DNA of 64,000 bases from Octopus sinensis (lineage: Eukaryota), in the NCBI RefSeq assembly GCF_006345805.1, contig NC_042997.1, forward strand, positions 152,334,001 through 152,398,000, in the 5' to 3' direction. Below the pieces are notes generated by a model. The model was not told the origin of the DNA. It made no database searches and worked only from the letters and a program-made list of their open reading frames with translations. A program made the position numbers and the translations under genes. Of this stretch, positions 39,378-53,169 are shown in pieces. Numbering within the stretch: position 1 is the stretch's first letter; every line of letters starts with the position of its first letter.

Positions 39378-39529
39378 CTTTTTTGTCATCTTCACGTCTC
39401 TTAGCAGACTCTTCTCTTTGTTTCTTTATAAGTGCTAAACGAGCAAGATCTGCTCTGGCTTCTTCTGTTTTGCCCATTACATGGAGTTGCTGATACCTAA
39501 TTCGAGCTTGTTGTTTTTCAATTTCTTCC
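39378..39529 (-). pseudogene. PDAP1: Isolated PDAP1 (28 kDa heat- and acid-stable phosphoprotein) exon, antisense in a MINDY4 intron
   Basis: Stop-free [50 protein letters not shown] matches the PP28/PDAP1 C-terminal motif (GKTEQAKADLARLA). 152 nt, followed by a gtaatag donor. Upstream AG has no pyrimidine tract. No other PDAP1 exon seen. Confidence 0.75.
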
Positions 39530-40808
39530 CTCATATATATATATATATGTATATGTTGTGTATTTGTGTCCCCACCAACATCGCTTGACAACCGTTGCTG
39601 GTGTGTTTACGTCCCCGAAACTTAGTGGTTCGGGAAAAGAGACCGATAGAATAAGTACTAGGCTTCCAAAGAATAAGTCTTGGGGTCGATTTGATTCGAC
39701 TAAAGGAGGTGCTCCAGCATGGCCGCATTCAAATGACTGAAACAAGTAAAAGAGTAGAAGAGTAAAAGAATGAAGCACAAATGAAATGAGAGCAAAATTG
39801 TGTATAAAAGCAGTCTAATGTAGTGTGCAAGAGAGATACTAAGCCTGTATTTATTTGACAGAATGGTTAAGAACTTTACTTCAGATTCACATGATTTAGG
39901 CTTCATTTCCTTGTCAATGGAAATCTTATATTTTAGCCAAGGCACTTTATTTCTGATTGCTCCTGTCTACTCAGCTGGCAAAAATGAGTTGTAGCTGTAA
40001 ATGAAAGGTCCAGCCTTATAACATTCTGCGTCATGTTGACTCTCTCTCTCTGAGAATTATGTTAAGAGTATGCATGTCTGTGGAGTGCTCAGCCACTTGC
40101 ACATTAGTTTTACGAGCTGGCCATTCAGTTGACGGGATGAACCAGAGAGCCAGGCCATTACAGGTCTATGTTGATCAATGCCTTGTACATGAAATTTAGT
40201 CGATGGAAACTGTAAGAAGCCTGTTGTATATGTATGTGTGAGCATTTTGTGTGTGTGTGTGTATGTGCATTTGTTTCTATCTTCTCTTCTCATATGAACT
40301 CTAATAACTGTAAACAAAGCTTCCAGCTTACAAACGGTGTCATTTGTTTACAATCCTTTGTGAAAGCATCTCTGATCATTGAACTGCTCACTGCTCAAAG
40401 GACCAGATGAAATATTAACTTACATGCAAACAGTCAGTTGGGCTGGTCACAAGAAAAGCATTTTGTTGTTTTAACATCCAATTTTCCATGCTTGCATAAA
40501 TCAGACAACAGTTTTATTTGATCCATGCGAGTATTGAAAAATGTGTGTTAAAATGCTGCTGCTGCTGGTGATGATAATTGCAATATATCATTATCATCAT
40601 CATCATCATCATCTTTGGTGTCATCGTTGTCATCGTTTCAACATCTACATTTCTATATTTTCAAGAGTCAGATAAAATTCCTTGAGGCAGGTTTTTCTAC
40701 TGCCAGACACTCTTCCTGTTTGCAGGCATCACCTGTTTCCGTGCAAGGCAATATGTTTATTATTAATGTGTACTATCCAGACACAAGACAACCAACACAC
40801 ACACACAT

Positions 40809-40845
<37 letters not shown>

Positions 40846-42321
40846 CACACACACAATGAGTTTTGTTTTTATTTTAGTTTCTGTCTACCAAATTCCTTCA
40901 AAAAGCTGTAGTGGAGGACATTTACCCAAGGTGCCATGCTGTGAAACTGAACCCAGAACCAATATACAAGTGTGCGTGTACTAATAACTGAGTAGCAGAA
41001 ATCTGGATTTTTCCTTTAAGGGTTTAATTAATGAATATTTTGTCTGGTGTAAGATCTCAAGCTTCACATGAAACAGATGTTATTTCAGAATTTCATTCTC
41101 CAAGACAAATGTCTAAATAAAGACTACAGGTCTTTCACTCCCAGCCATTGCATGGCCATTGACATTGTTGTGTTCATCCTTTGATGAGTTTTGTATTTGT
41201 CCTACAGGGTGTCCAATGCAAACCACCCTCATCACTAAGAAGGCTTAGTAGGGTTGCTGGTTTGGTCACCAAAAGCCCAAACATGTGGCAGGTTGTACAT
41301 AGCACCAAGAGCGACCTGATGTAAGATCTTAGTCATTGTTTCTGGAATACTTGGCTTTGTAGGTTAGTCTTAGTGGTGTTGTGCTAGCTGTTATTAACTT
41401 TAAGTTTCAGCATGGACGTTGCTGATAGCAACCATATATGAATGTATAGGTAAGGGGGAAAAAAGAGGTAGTTTCCTTCTTGAGTTATGCCAATTTATAA
41501 GGGCTGATTTCCTGGTTTCCATGGCATATATATTCCCCACCATGGTGGTCCATCACAGGATTACACATTTTTGCCAGTTGAGTGGACTCGAGTAATGTGA
41601 AATGAAGTGTTTTGCTCAAGAACACAACATGTCACTCAGTTCAGGAATCGAAACCACAATCTTACAATCATGAGTCCAACACAGTAACCACTAAGCTATG
41701 CACCCCCACTATGAATGTATAGATGTACACATGTATATATGTATACATGCATGTATGTAAATAAAAATACATTTAAACAAATATCAATTAATGCACATAT
41801 ATTGGGTAGTGAGCTGGCAGAATTGGTAGCTTGCTGGGCAAAATGTTTAGTGGCATTTTGTTTGTCTTTATGTTCTGAGTTCAAATGCTGTCACGGTCAG
41901 GTTTGTCTTTCACCCTTTTGGCGTCGATAAAATAAGTATCAGTCGAGCACTGGGGGCAATGTAATTGATGTAATTGTGTGTGCGTGTGTCTTTCTCTACA
42001 CACACAATTACATTTTTATACACTACATATGGATACATCTCTTTTTTTAGAAATAATGCAAAAATCCTTGATAGAATTTTCTTCCGCTCTTATCCAGGGC
42101 TTGATCCTGCTTGTAAAGAAGCTAAGCTACCTAAGTGGGGGTCAACATGAAAAGAATTTGTACATTTTTAAAACTCGTTTCTGAAACTGCATTTGTTTAT
42201 GTTTTCATAATGTGGTGTTGTGACCTTGAACTGATAAATTTTCTAATTTTCTTTCTCTTCCTGTATTTTGTTTTGCTTTATCTTATCCGTTTATTTTTGT
42301 TTTTTTCTTCTTCTATGTAAG

Positions 42322-42420
42322 CTTTGAACCAAGCCCTGAAAAATGTCGAACTGCCCTTGCTGCTGCGCTTAGTAAAATATTCTGGCAAGCTGGTGAACAT
42401 AAATCAGCAGTCGTAACTTT
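42322..42420 (+). CDS. MINDY4: MINDY4 exon (FEPSPEKCRTALAAALSKIFWQAGEHKSAVVT)
   Basis: Very long pyrimidine tract then taag| acceptor; TT|gtgagt donor; 99 nt, phase 2-2. AL..I.W.AG...AVV motif. Confidence 0.9.
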
Positions 42421-44977
42421 GTGAGTATACTTTTATACATTTAAATCGAAGTCATTCATATTCAAAGTCAGGTGGTTATTCATTTCTTCTTAGCAAATGG
42501 AATTCCTGATTTCAGTTTTTATTATCTCTCTTAAAAACAACTTTAAAAATACAGCACAGCAATAAGAAACTTTTTTGCAGTGATTTGAAAACTTCAGCAC
42601 AATCCCTCTACCACAATAAATTAAGAATTAGCTTCAAGTCTATTTATTTATCTTTTTGTCTTGTTATCTATTTTGATATGCACTTCTCCAATGCACATCA
42701 TGTTTTCAACGAATCTAGAGAGCTATATTGTTGAAGTGTCTCCCTTGATGATGCGGATGCAATAAGATTTTTTGTTGTTGTTGTTGTTGTTATATTTAGT
42801 GTCGAACAGTTTTAATCAGCATTCGTTGATGAAATTTATGGGACAGAATTATCTATTCAAATGTGTGCAGACATCTTGTAGCTGTTTAACATTAGTTGTT
42901 ATGTTATACTTCAGTCTGGTTGGAAGCTACACTGTACAGTATCTTTGTTGCATTTTATTGCCCTCTGTTGGTGCTTTACATCTGGGAGAGGGCCGTTTTT
43001 AGTTACTGCTGTTGTTATAATCGTTCTCGTAGAGGAAAGTGAATTACAAAAGTTGCTAGTGTCAGACAAATTACTTTATGTTATTTAGGGACAGCTTTTT
43101 ACAATCTGAATTAAAATCCCACTGAAGTTAATTTTGTCTTTCATTTTCTGGGGTTGATAAAATAAAGCACCAGTGCAGGACTGGATTTGCCATAATTGAC
43201 AATTCCCACTCCTTGAAACTTCAGGCTTTGTGCCTGTATTAGACACTTTATTTCTAAAGAGAGATAGATTAACAAAATGGTGAGCACATTGGACAAAGAT
43301 ACCTTATAGTGTTTCTTTTGGTTCATTATTCTGCCAAGGTCACCTTTATTTCTCATCTATCTAGGGTTGATAAAATCAAATTTTGGTCAAGTTCTTGGCT
43401 TAATTTATCAACTAAACCTTCCGTCAAATTTCAGCTTTCAGCAATGTTGTTATTTAGTCCAGATCAACCTTGATTGAGTAGATGTTCAATCAAAGGAATT
43501 CCAGCCATAACTATCTGTCCTGTCTTTTTTTTTTTTGTATATTTATGTTGTGTCGATGTCCCCAGACGATGAAGTAGACTAACCCAATACGTAGATATAG
43601 AGGGAGAAGTCTAGATGTTGAGAGAAGAGTAGCCGAGTAGCGGAGCACATTTGAGTAGCAGTCGTAGTAGGAGAGCAAAGTGAAGAGTTGAGTAGAAGGC
43701 ATCCGAACGTGCAACATAACAATTTAAGACTGCATTATTGTGTATGACCTTTTTTTTTTTAAGATAAAGTATGATGTATAGGAGATTTGATTGCTCTTTC
43801 TATCAAATTAAATCACTTCCTTGATTGGCTCATACAGTTGTTGTTTAAGTCATAGTAACATGGATATAGCTCATTGCAGACTTTCAGATCAGCATTAATA
43901 CTGTTGTTATTTAACCAGGCACATGCCCATGCAGTGCCACATAAAAGTACCTGTGTGGTGCCACGTAAAAACGCCCACCATACTCCGTAAAGTGGTTGGA
44001 ATCCATTCCAAATCAGACTGAAGCCTGGTGCAACTCCCCAGCTTCCCAGCTCTGGTCAAACCGTCCAACCCATGCCAGCATGGACAACAGATGTTAAATG
44101 ATAATGATGATGATGATGATGAGGAGGAGGAGGAGGAGGATGTGACTCTAATCAAGCGGACTTATGTTTAAAGGCATTCTATCCACGACCGTTCCTTCTT
44201 ATTTTCAAGTATAGTGTATGTAGAAGTCACAAACAAACTGTGACTCACGGGACTTTCTGAGTGGTGTGCCAATAAAAAAATTACCCTGAATTGCTTTTAG
44301 TAGTGCCGCCCACTTTATGATGAGTCATGTACTATGTGGCCCACTTTTTGAAAAAGGTTGCCATGGTGCCTGTTCTGGAGAAACTTTCTAAAATATTTCC
44401 TTTTCTTTTTCAAGGTGATAGAATGTAACTTGAGGGAAATTCTGGTTGCATAAAAGCTCTTTCACAGGTGGTAACTTCTCTTGCACTCTTTCTCTCTCAA
44501 TCTCTTTCTCTCCTTTTCTCTGCCACGTATTAAACTAAAGGGATGGAATTGTTAAACTGTTGCTCTCCATCATATGATTTCTGATAGCACCCAGTATCGT
44601 ATACACGTGCGAACCAAAAGTCAGAAACTTCTTGTCATCTTCTTTTGCAATGGTAAAACTTTATAGCACCTCTGACATAAAAGGAACTTGCAAGGTTTTA
44701 CAAATATCAATACATGAAATGCAAACACATTAAAAAAATACATCTTTGTGAACGAGTTTTTATTTTCGTACCAGAAGTCAGCAGTTCGAGTTATTGGATA
44801 ACATTTTTTTTTCCATATGTTCGTTGTTATGTGTGTATGTGTGTGTGTGTATGTGTGTGAGAGAGAGAGAGAGAGTGTGTGTGTGTGTGTGTGTGAGTGC
44901 ACATATATACATTATAAGGAAAATATGGAAAAGAAAAATGTGATCCACACACACATACATCCATATATATAAATACA

Positions 44978-45037
<60 letters not shown>

Positions 45038-45935
45038 TATATAAAAACCATGCATATATCCATACATATATATAAACACATGCACATACACATAATGTGT
45101 GTGACACACATATCTCCATACGTGTGTGTATTATACACACGCACTCTCTCATTTTCTTACTCTCTCCCTCTCTCTCTCTCTCCCGCTCTCTCTCCCTCTC
45201 TCTCTTTCTCTCTCTCTCTCACACACACTCATACACACACAATTATGTTTTCCTACTTCAAAATATTTTCTTTTTTCTTTCGTATTTCTACTAGGAAATT
45301 GCATTGGAGATTTGAATTGCCAAGAGCCAACTTCTTGATTTCACGTCTCTTAATATATTCAGGAATAAAATATTCATAATTGATGAATTTTGTTCTGAAA
45401 CATACATACATATATGTAATACATTGAGATGGTTGACAGCTCACACTCACTACCCTTTATTCATATTCTACCTGCATGCTATTTCTTCGCACTGTATTTT
45501 GCATACTATGTATTCTTAACATATCTTCATCGTATTTTTTCTTTACTTTGTCTCCATATTCCTTGTATATCATGTTCTGTCTTCATACAATAGTATTATA
45601 AGAAAAGACAATATTACATCTTTTTCACCTCTATAAATACTAACCGAAATGCCTGGTGGGAATTAAGAAATTTTATTGTGAAGTATGTAGCTCATGAATA
45701 CCTTAGACCCAGTATATGATAACATGTCATGGCTAATAATAATAATTTTTGTCTAATTTACACATAAGGTTAGCAATTTTTGAGGGGAGGGAGTTTTGTC
45801 AAAACTTGGTTGTACTTGACTGGTACTTAGTTCATTGATCCCAAAAAGATCAAAAGCAAAGTTGGCCTCAGTGAGATTTGAACACAGAATGTAACGGGTT
45901 GGAACACATACCATACAGTATTTTGACTGTTGCTC

Positions 45936-45991
<56 letters not shown>

Positions 45992-46151
45992 CCTTTCTAC
46001 TTTTAAAGGCACAAGGACTGAAATTGTGGGGAAGGGGACTAGTCGATTACATCGACCCCCAGTGTTTTGGTGGTACCTAATTTATTGACCTTGAAATGAT
46101 GAAAAGCAAAGTCAACACCTAATAATAATAATTAAAATAATGACAATAATG

Positions 46152-46214
<63 letters not shown>

Positions 46215-46215
<1 letters not shown>

Positions 46216-46345
46216 GTACAAAGCCAAATATATGGCATACTAGGCATAACACCAGCATGAACTTCCAACTTGTTGTCTCTTGAGGTCTTTGGGTGAGACT
46301 TGGAGCCAACTTGTACAAATGTAAAGCAAAAGTCAAACATAGAAT
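46215..46345 (+). mobile_element. Probable R4/Dong-type LINE 3' end inserted in (TAA)n
   Basis: Short unique segment flanked on both sides by (TAA)n; Dong elements are known to target TAA repeats. Confidence 0.45.
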
Positions 46346-46619
46346 AATAATAATAATGATAATAAAAATAATGCACTGATGCAAAACAAGGCAGTGACTC
46401 TTATGTCTTCTGATCTTAACTGATTGGAAGTGTTACCATGTACATGTTTTGTCTCGTTGCAAAAGATGGGCTACAGCAAATGTTTTGCTCAGTACCACAG
46501 ATTTGCATGTTAGTCACTTGACATTAACTAGTTGAGCATGTCCATTACTGGCTGACAATAATGTGCCAGCTTCAGTATTCAATCCTCAGAAGAGGAGAAT
46601 TTGGTAAAAAAAAAATCCT

Positions 46620-47065
46620 ATTTGGTTTCTGTGCCTATCCTTAGTTTTGGTCATGAATGTTGGGTAATGACCGAAAGAATATGATGGTACATTCAAGTGG
46701 TTCCTCTGAAAGATCTCTGGAGTGACAGAGTATGTAGCTCAGAGATTAGGGAGCCTCTATAAGTTGCAGTGCTACTTCTCTGCATTGTGAGTTCACAGCT
46801 CCAGCACTATGGACATGTGATGAGAATGTCTCAAGAAAGAACTGCAAGATGGATTCTTCAATCTTAGTTAATTGGTAGAAAAATCTAAGGGTAGACCAAA
46901 AATGAAATGGTTGGATAATATCCATGATTTCACTGTTGGTCACACTTGGGAATCCAGCTGAAAAATATAATGTTGGTTGCTTCTGGCAGGATCCCATGGA
47001 GGAGATGACTGAGGACCCTACCTCCACGGCCCTCCAGGAATAGTTGGGGAAGAAAATGGATGATG
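46620..47065 (+). mobile_element. Decayed RTE-clade LINE C-terminus
   Basis: VPILSFGHECWVMTER...SQLQHYGHVMRMSQER...GRPKMKWLDNI, with stops and frameshifts. Confidence 0.7.
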
Positions 47066-47104
47066 GTGGGGAATAATGCTAATGATGATGATGATGATGA
47101 TCAT

Positions 47105-47300
47105 GATGATCATGATAAAATATAGAAATCAATGAGGTAGATATATACCAGGACCTGAAGCGAGAGAGATAAGCAGATGGTGGGGTTACAGAAAAGTGAG
47201 GTTGTACCAATTGTCATTGCAGCCGTAGGAACAATGGGGAAAAGGCTTGAGGAATGGACAGAAAATATTGGCTTGAATAGAATATATGCAACTGACTTAC
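47105..47300 (+). mobile_element. R4/Dong-type restriction-like endonuclease fragment
   Basis: YQDLKRE...VVPIVIAAVGT motif; ends in (TAA)n. Confidence 0.6.
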
Positions 47301-48335
47301 TTTGAAATAATAATAATAATCCTTTCTACTATAGGCACTAGGCCTGAAATTGTGAGGAAGGGATTAAGTCGATTACATTGACCTCTGGTATTCAACTGGT
47401 ACTTTATTTATCAACTCCAAAACATGAAAGGCAAAGTCAATCTCGTTCTGATTTATGCACAAGGCTAACAATGCAGTGGAGGGAAACATTTGATTGATAC
47501 TTTATTTTGTCAACTCACCAAGGGATGAAAGTAGTTGACCTCTATGTAAAATGTAAAGGGATGGAAAAAAATACCACATAGTATTTTTGTCTTGTGCTCA
47601 GATCATTCTGCTAATCCATTGCCTTCTTCATCCAGTTGCTTCTCCTACTGCTGCTGTTGCTGTTGTTGTTGTTAAGCAACACGACGGGTAAGGGTGATTA
47701 GGTGATGGTCTAGGGTTTAGGGGCGAGAGACCCCAGACCTTGGGAAAAAAAAAAAAACTTTGGTCATTTTGTTGTAGTCGAGGGCTCTTCGTTGACGCCC
47801 GACACCACTGGGAGGTAGCCCTCAAAGTCGCTGGAAATGGAGATCTCCAGGTCCAAATTCTTGAATGGCTGCTGCTGTTGCTGCCTTTTCATGTTGCCAC
47901 AACAGTAGCATTATGGCAAGAAGAAAAATATCTTAGGAGAGTATCTTTGTTCTTTATTTCTGTACTGCACTGCATATTGGACCATCCTTGGAAGGTTCTG
48001 GTTACATATCAGATTTACTGTGAGCAGAGGTTGCTATTCTGTCTCTCAAACCTTTCTTCATTTCTGGAAAAAGTCTACCATCACCTATCTCAGAGCACAA
48101 AGTAGCCAATACAGTGAGGTGGGCAAGAAGGAAATAAAAAAGAAAGAAAGAGTGAGTGATGGAGTATTCATTCACCCCAGTTTTTGATTGATCACAGAAG
48201 GACGAATGTCAAAGTTCAAAGGTCACCTTGGTGGGATTTTTTATTCTGATGACAATAAAAACAGAACAAATGCCACAAGGTTTTATGTCCAATAATATAA
48301 CAACTTTGTCACTTTGCCATCTTCTTAGTCTTGGG

Positions 48336-48707
48336 CAGTGGTTCTTGACCATTTTTTATTAACTGATCCTTTTGAAAACCTTTTCACTCTGGTGGACTCC
48401 ATGTAGCCATTCAATGTTTAAAAGATAATTTTATAGATGCTTCTTTCAAAATTCCTCTTTTGTTTATCACACATTCAGTTGTGTAAGTTTGCAATAACAC
48501 TCACTGAGGGAACATGTGTCAGTGGTCAGAATCATGTTGAACTGTGTAAAATATTAGAGAAAGAAATCGAGTTCTTTCTTGTAATAAATATGTATAAAGC
48601 AAAACTTTTTCATGGGCCCTTAAAATACTACTCTGGATCCCCAATTTACTATTTTGCTAGTGTGGACCACCCAAAATCTTATATGGACCACAGTTGGGAA
48701 CCACTTG
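48336..48707. mobile_element. hAT-like MITE
   Basis: CAGTGGTTCT...GGACCACAGTTGGGAACCACT termini. Confidence 0.6.
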
Positions 48708-49293
48708 CTAGGACATAGGCACAGGAGTGGCTGTGTGGTAAGAAATTTGCTTCCCAACCACATTGTTCTGGGTTCAGTCCCTCTGTGTGGCACCTTGGGC
48801 AAGTGTCTTCTGCTATAGCCTCAGGCTGATCAAAGCCTTGTGAGTGGCTTTGGTAGACAGAAACTGAAAGAAACCCATTGTATATATATATAAAAGACAA
48901 GTGTTTATAATTATGAATAAATCACAATTATAATGGAGAGGGTTGCAAAAACCCTTACTTGTCTAGAAATACCAGTCAAAAATCACTATAAAGTCACTAT
49001 TAACACTCAAATTATATCTCCTCACAATAAAGCTGTCTGCAGGCGACATGACATATAAAGTTCACAATTTAAAAATAATAGGTTAATTTTCTATTACAAT
49101 TTCAAGGTTAGGAACTTGTTATATGATATTATTTACCATATCATAAATAAACAATACAGTGCCCCCACTCCTCTCTTCAGGAGAATACTCCTATAGGTAG
49201 AAAATTACCACAAAACCATACCTTGTGGCTTACATGTATCCCGACCAGCAAGAATAATGTGTTACCCTCTATCTACACATTCAAATTCTGAAT

Positions 49294-49647
49294 TCCATCC
49301 CCACTACGGAATTTCCATCCCAACTACGGAATTTCTGAAACCACCTTCGTAGTGTGTGGTCACTTGTGGACTCCTCTTCCAATGCTCTATTGATATTAAC
49401 AGCAGTTTGGGAGGCATTGTGTCCAAGCTTGAACTCATGTAAGAAAAGTAAGCAAAGGTCCTTTTTTGTCATGTTCATAATTAAGAGTGCCTATGCTTTA
49501 AGAACGTTTTCTGTCTGAAATTATTGAAGAGCATACATCACTTATTAAGTATGTCAAAATTCACCTAAAATATAATTAAAATACCATGATAAAATTGCAT
49601 TTCAAAACACAACACTCAGAGCGGCTATTATTTTCGGAACAACTTAA
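49294..49647 (-). mobile_element. Truncated mariner transposon (5' TIR plus N-terminal HTH of the transposase)
   Basis: TA|TTAAGTTGTTCCGAAAATAATAGCCGC TIR; MTKKDLCLLFLHEFKLGHNASQTAVNINRA...TLRRWFQKFRS is Hsmar/SETMAR-like. Confidence 0.85.
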
Positions 49648-49744
49648 TATTAAAAGATCAAAAATAAATGATAAATGGAAACTGTGCATTTATTGTTATT
49701 GCCTTTAATATTGTTTATAATTATTTCTCTTATGATATATTCAG

Positions 49745-49808
49745 GTCGAGCAGTGCCACACATTTCATTGGCGGCAACAAATGTAAACCAGATCGCCTGA
49801 CAGAAACG
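49745..49808 (+). CDS. MINDY4: MINDY4 exon (SSSATHFIGGNKCKPDRLTET)
   Basis: attcag| acceptor and ACG|gtaatt donor; 64 nt, phase 2-0. Resembles F...GKYK.DG..ET. Confidence 0.87.
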
Positions 49809-50329
49809 GTAATTACTCTATAAATATGTATTATATAATACCATGTACTATGCATATTAGACAGTGTACTCTTTCAGCCCCATGTGTACAATAAATCTTA
49901 AGGCTAATATGATTAAGAGGTATTGTTTATTTCATTATTATTACAGTGTGTTATGAGTTACAGTTTAGTATGTGATACAGTATGTTTTTTGAGTTTTACT
50001 ACTGCTGCATATAATATATTATAGAATAACTTTTCATATGTTATATCATCATCATCAGTTTTCCATGCTTTCATGGGTTACATGATCTAATAAGAGCTGG
50101 TGAACTAGAGGACAATGCCAAGTTCTACTGTCTGTTTGGGCATGGTTTCTACATCTGGATGCTCTTTCTAACATCAACCACTCTACAGTGTGTACTGGGT
50201 GAATTTTTACACGGCACCAGCACCAGTGAGGTCACCAAGAAACCTGCAAAATGAAGTCTCCTCATTTGAGACACGTTGGAAAATAACGGATGCAGCTTGA
50301 ACTAACAATTAAGAAGTTTACTGTGTAAT

Positions 50330-50750
50330 CATAGAGTCCCAAGTTCATTTGCAATGGCCACAGGTCATGTGTTTGTATGTGAGATATAGGATGGTACTTT
50401 TCTGTGGGTCAGCAATACAAATTTCAATTCCAGTCTCTTTCAGTCTTTTATGTAGCGTATTGTGTGTTGTGCCAAGGTGCACCAATTACTACAGGAATAA
50501 TTGTTGTCTTCGTCTCCCGGAGTCTCCTCAGCTCTTTGGCTAGATCCTGATATTCTTAAATTTTTTCACTTTCTTTAATATGGGCTCTACTATCATAGGG
50601 AGTTACAAAATCTATGATTTTACACCATTTATTTTGTCCTCGTTAGTCATATTCACTCTTCTTGTTTCAATAGTATAATCGATCTTTATGAGCAAGTTCC
50701 ACAAAATCTTGTAATTCTCCTTTTCTGTGACAATCTCTCATTTGTGATTA
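50330..50750 (-). mobile_element. Decayed R4/Dong-type LINE endonuclease region
   Basis: ENYKILWN...IDFVTPYD...YQDLAKEL...IIPVVIGALG in shifting frames. A related 3' end (LQESALLGTARIL) lies at 54175-54310. Confidence 0.7.
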
Positions 50751-52307
50751 TTATCATCATTATTATTATTATCATTGTTGTTGTTTAGTTCTAAGAAGGA
50801 AAAAATAATCATGCTCATATCCTTTATTGTGTTGCTATATTGTGTTGTTTAATCCAATAATATTGTATTATGTCATTATTACGTTACTAAGCATCTGTAA
50901 TTATTAAAGAAATATGTTATTATCCAACAAAAAAGTAGCTACAGATGGAAAAAGATGCAAAATTATCAAACAAAACCCTCATTGTCATAACACAAAAACA
51001 GACTTGAGAAAAACAAAAACATATGCTCAAACATTAAATATTAAAAAACAAACACATTAAAACAAGCAGTGCTCCAACATGGCCTAGACTGTAGTGGGTA
51101 AAACAAATAAAAGAACTAAAGTAGTTTATTAGTTTATGAAAATGATTGATATCAAATTATAGGGAAAGATACAAAAAATATATAATAGATATATAAATAA
51201 ATAAATATGGCTGGCTGTTTGCAAAGAACAACTGTTTATTTGTAGATGAAAAGATCTGATATCTAATTACATGAAAAGAAAAAAAAAAAACAGAAATCAT
51301 AGCAAAACACAAAATAAATGATAATTAACTCATTAAAATAGTTTATATCGTACAAAGGTGTGAGTGGTGTAATAAAAAAAAAATGGCCATTCTTTATTAA
51401 TATGGTAAATAGGTGCAGGCATGGTTGTGTGGTTAATAAGTTTGGTTCCCAATCATATAGTTTCATTTTCAGTTCCACAGCATGGCACTTTGGGCAAGTG
51501 TCTTCTACTACATCGGGCCAACCAAAGCCTGGTGAGTGGATTCGGTAGATGGAAACTAAAAACAAACCCGGAAAGACACCCAGTACACTCTGTAAAGCAA
51601 TTGGCATTATAAAGAGCATCCAGCTGTAGAAACCCTGCCATGACAGACATGGGGCCCAAGCAGCTCTTCAGCTGGCCAACTCCTGTTAAACCATCCAGCC
51701 CATGCCAGCAAGGAAAACAAACGTTAAATAATGATGATGATGATGATGACAATGATGACATGATAACAACGATGTATATAATTATGTATGTGTTTGTTTG
51801 TGTTTCTTTGTCTTGACATAAGTGAAATAAAGGCGGTGAGCTGGCAGAAACGTTAGCACGCCAGGTGAAATATTTAGTGGTATTTCATCTGCCGTTACGT
51901 TCTGAGTTCAAATTCTGCCAAGGTTGACTTTGCCTTTCATCCTTTCGGGGGCGATAAATTAAGTACCAGTTAAGCACTGGGGTCGATGTAATCGACTTAA
52001 TACCCTTGTCTGTCCTTGTTTGTCTCCTCTATGTTTAGCCCCCTTGTGGGCAATAAAGAAATAAGTGAAATAGTTGTAAACAAGTGTTGCTATCACACAA
52101 GTCGTGTCGTTTATTTTTAATCTTCCATGAAAACATGTCTGGCCATGGGGAGCATTACCTTGCTGGGAAGCAAGTGAGGGTTGGGGACTGGATAACATCT
52201 GGCTTTAGAAAATCTTCCTCAGTGAATTCTGTCTGTGTCTTGCAAGCATAGATCAGTGGATATTAAAATGATGACGATGACAACAATGATGATGATGATG
52301 ATGATGC

Positions 52308-52529
52308 ATTACTCTTTTACTCTTTTACTTGTTTCAGTCATTTGTCTGCGGTCATGCTGGAGCACCGCCTTTCATCGAGCAACTCGACCCCGAGACTTAT
52401 TCTTTGTAAGCCCAGTACTTATTCTATCGGTCTCTTTTGCTGAACCGCTAAGTGACGGGGACATAAACACACCAGCATCGGTTGTCAAGCAATGCTAGGA
52501 AGACAAACACAGACACACAAACATACATG

Positions 52530-52571
<42 letters not shown>

Positions 52572-52738
52572 TACGACGGGCTTCTTTCAGTTTCCGTCTA
52601 CCAAATCCACTCACAAGGCTTTGGTTGGCCCGAGGCTATAGTAGAAGACACTTGCCCAAGGTGCCACGCAGTAGGACTGAACCCAGAACCATGTGGTTGG
52701 TAAACAAGCCACTTACCACACAGCCACTCCTGCGCCTA
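52308..52738 (-). mobile_element. SINE family A, young copy ending 60 bp upstream of a MINDY4 exon
   Basis: Full head, microsatellite and tail in reverse orientation. Confidence 0.85.
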
Positions 52739-52798
52739 TCATTTAACAATCACAACATTGATTACAGCTATTTTATCAGTTTTGTTTTCTTGTTTTAG

Positions 52799-52864
52799 TT
52801 GATGCTTTACCAGTTCACTTCATACAAGGAATTAAACTCATTTATTAAGAAGAATATCATACTG
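52799..52864 (+). CDS. MINDY4: MINDY4 exon (LMLYQFTSYKELNSFIKKNIIL)
   Basis: gttttag| acceptor and CTG|gtatgt donor; 66 nt, phase 0-0. Confidence 0.85.
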
Positions 52865-53116
52865 GTATGTATATCTTTGCTTTATCATTTTTATTTTTTA
52901 TGTTTTTTGAAGATGACAAACTGACTGAATCATTAGCATGATGAACAAAATTCTTAAGAGCGTTCCATCCATCTTTATGTTCTGGGTTCAAATTCTACCA
53001 AGGTGCCTTTGCCATTTGTATTTTCAGGATTGATAAAATAGTTTCCAGTTGAGCATTGGGGTTGATGTAATTGGCTTACTCCTGACCAGAACTCGCTGGC
53101 CTTCTAAAATTTGAAG

Positions 53117-53147
<31 letters not shown>

Positions 53148-53169
53148 TATTATTATTATTATTATTATT

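Noticed and set aside
39700-39945. Possible upstream PDAP1 exon
   Set aside because: Translation has no PDAP1 motif (no KGV.GLI.I.NPN), and the ORF runs into a SINE.
47628-48105. GC-richer stretch with ORFs on both strands
   Set aside because: No recognisable domain or splice sites, and it is not needed for the MINDY4 phase chain.
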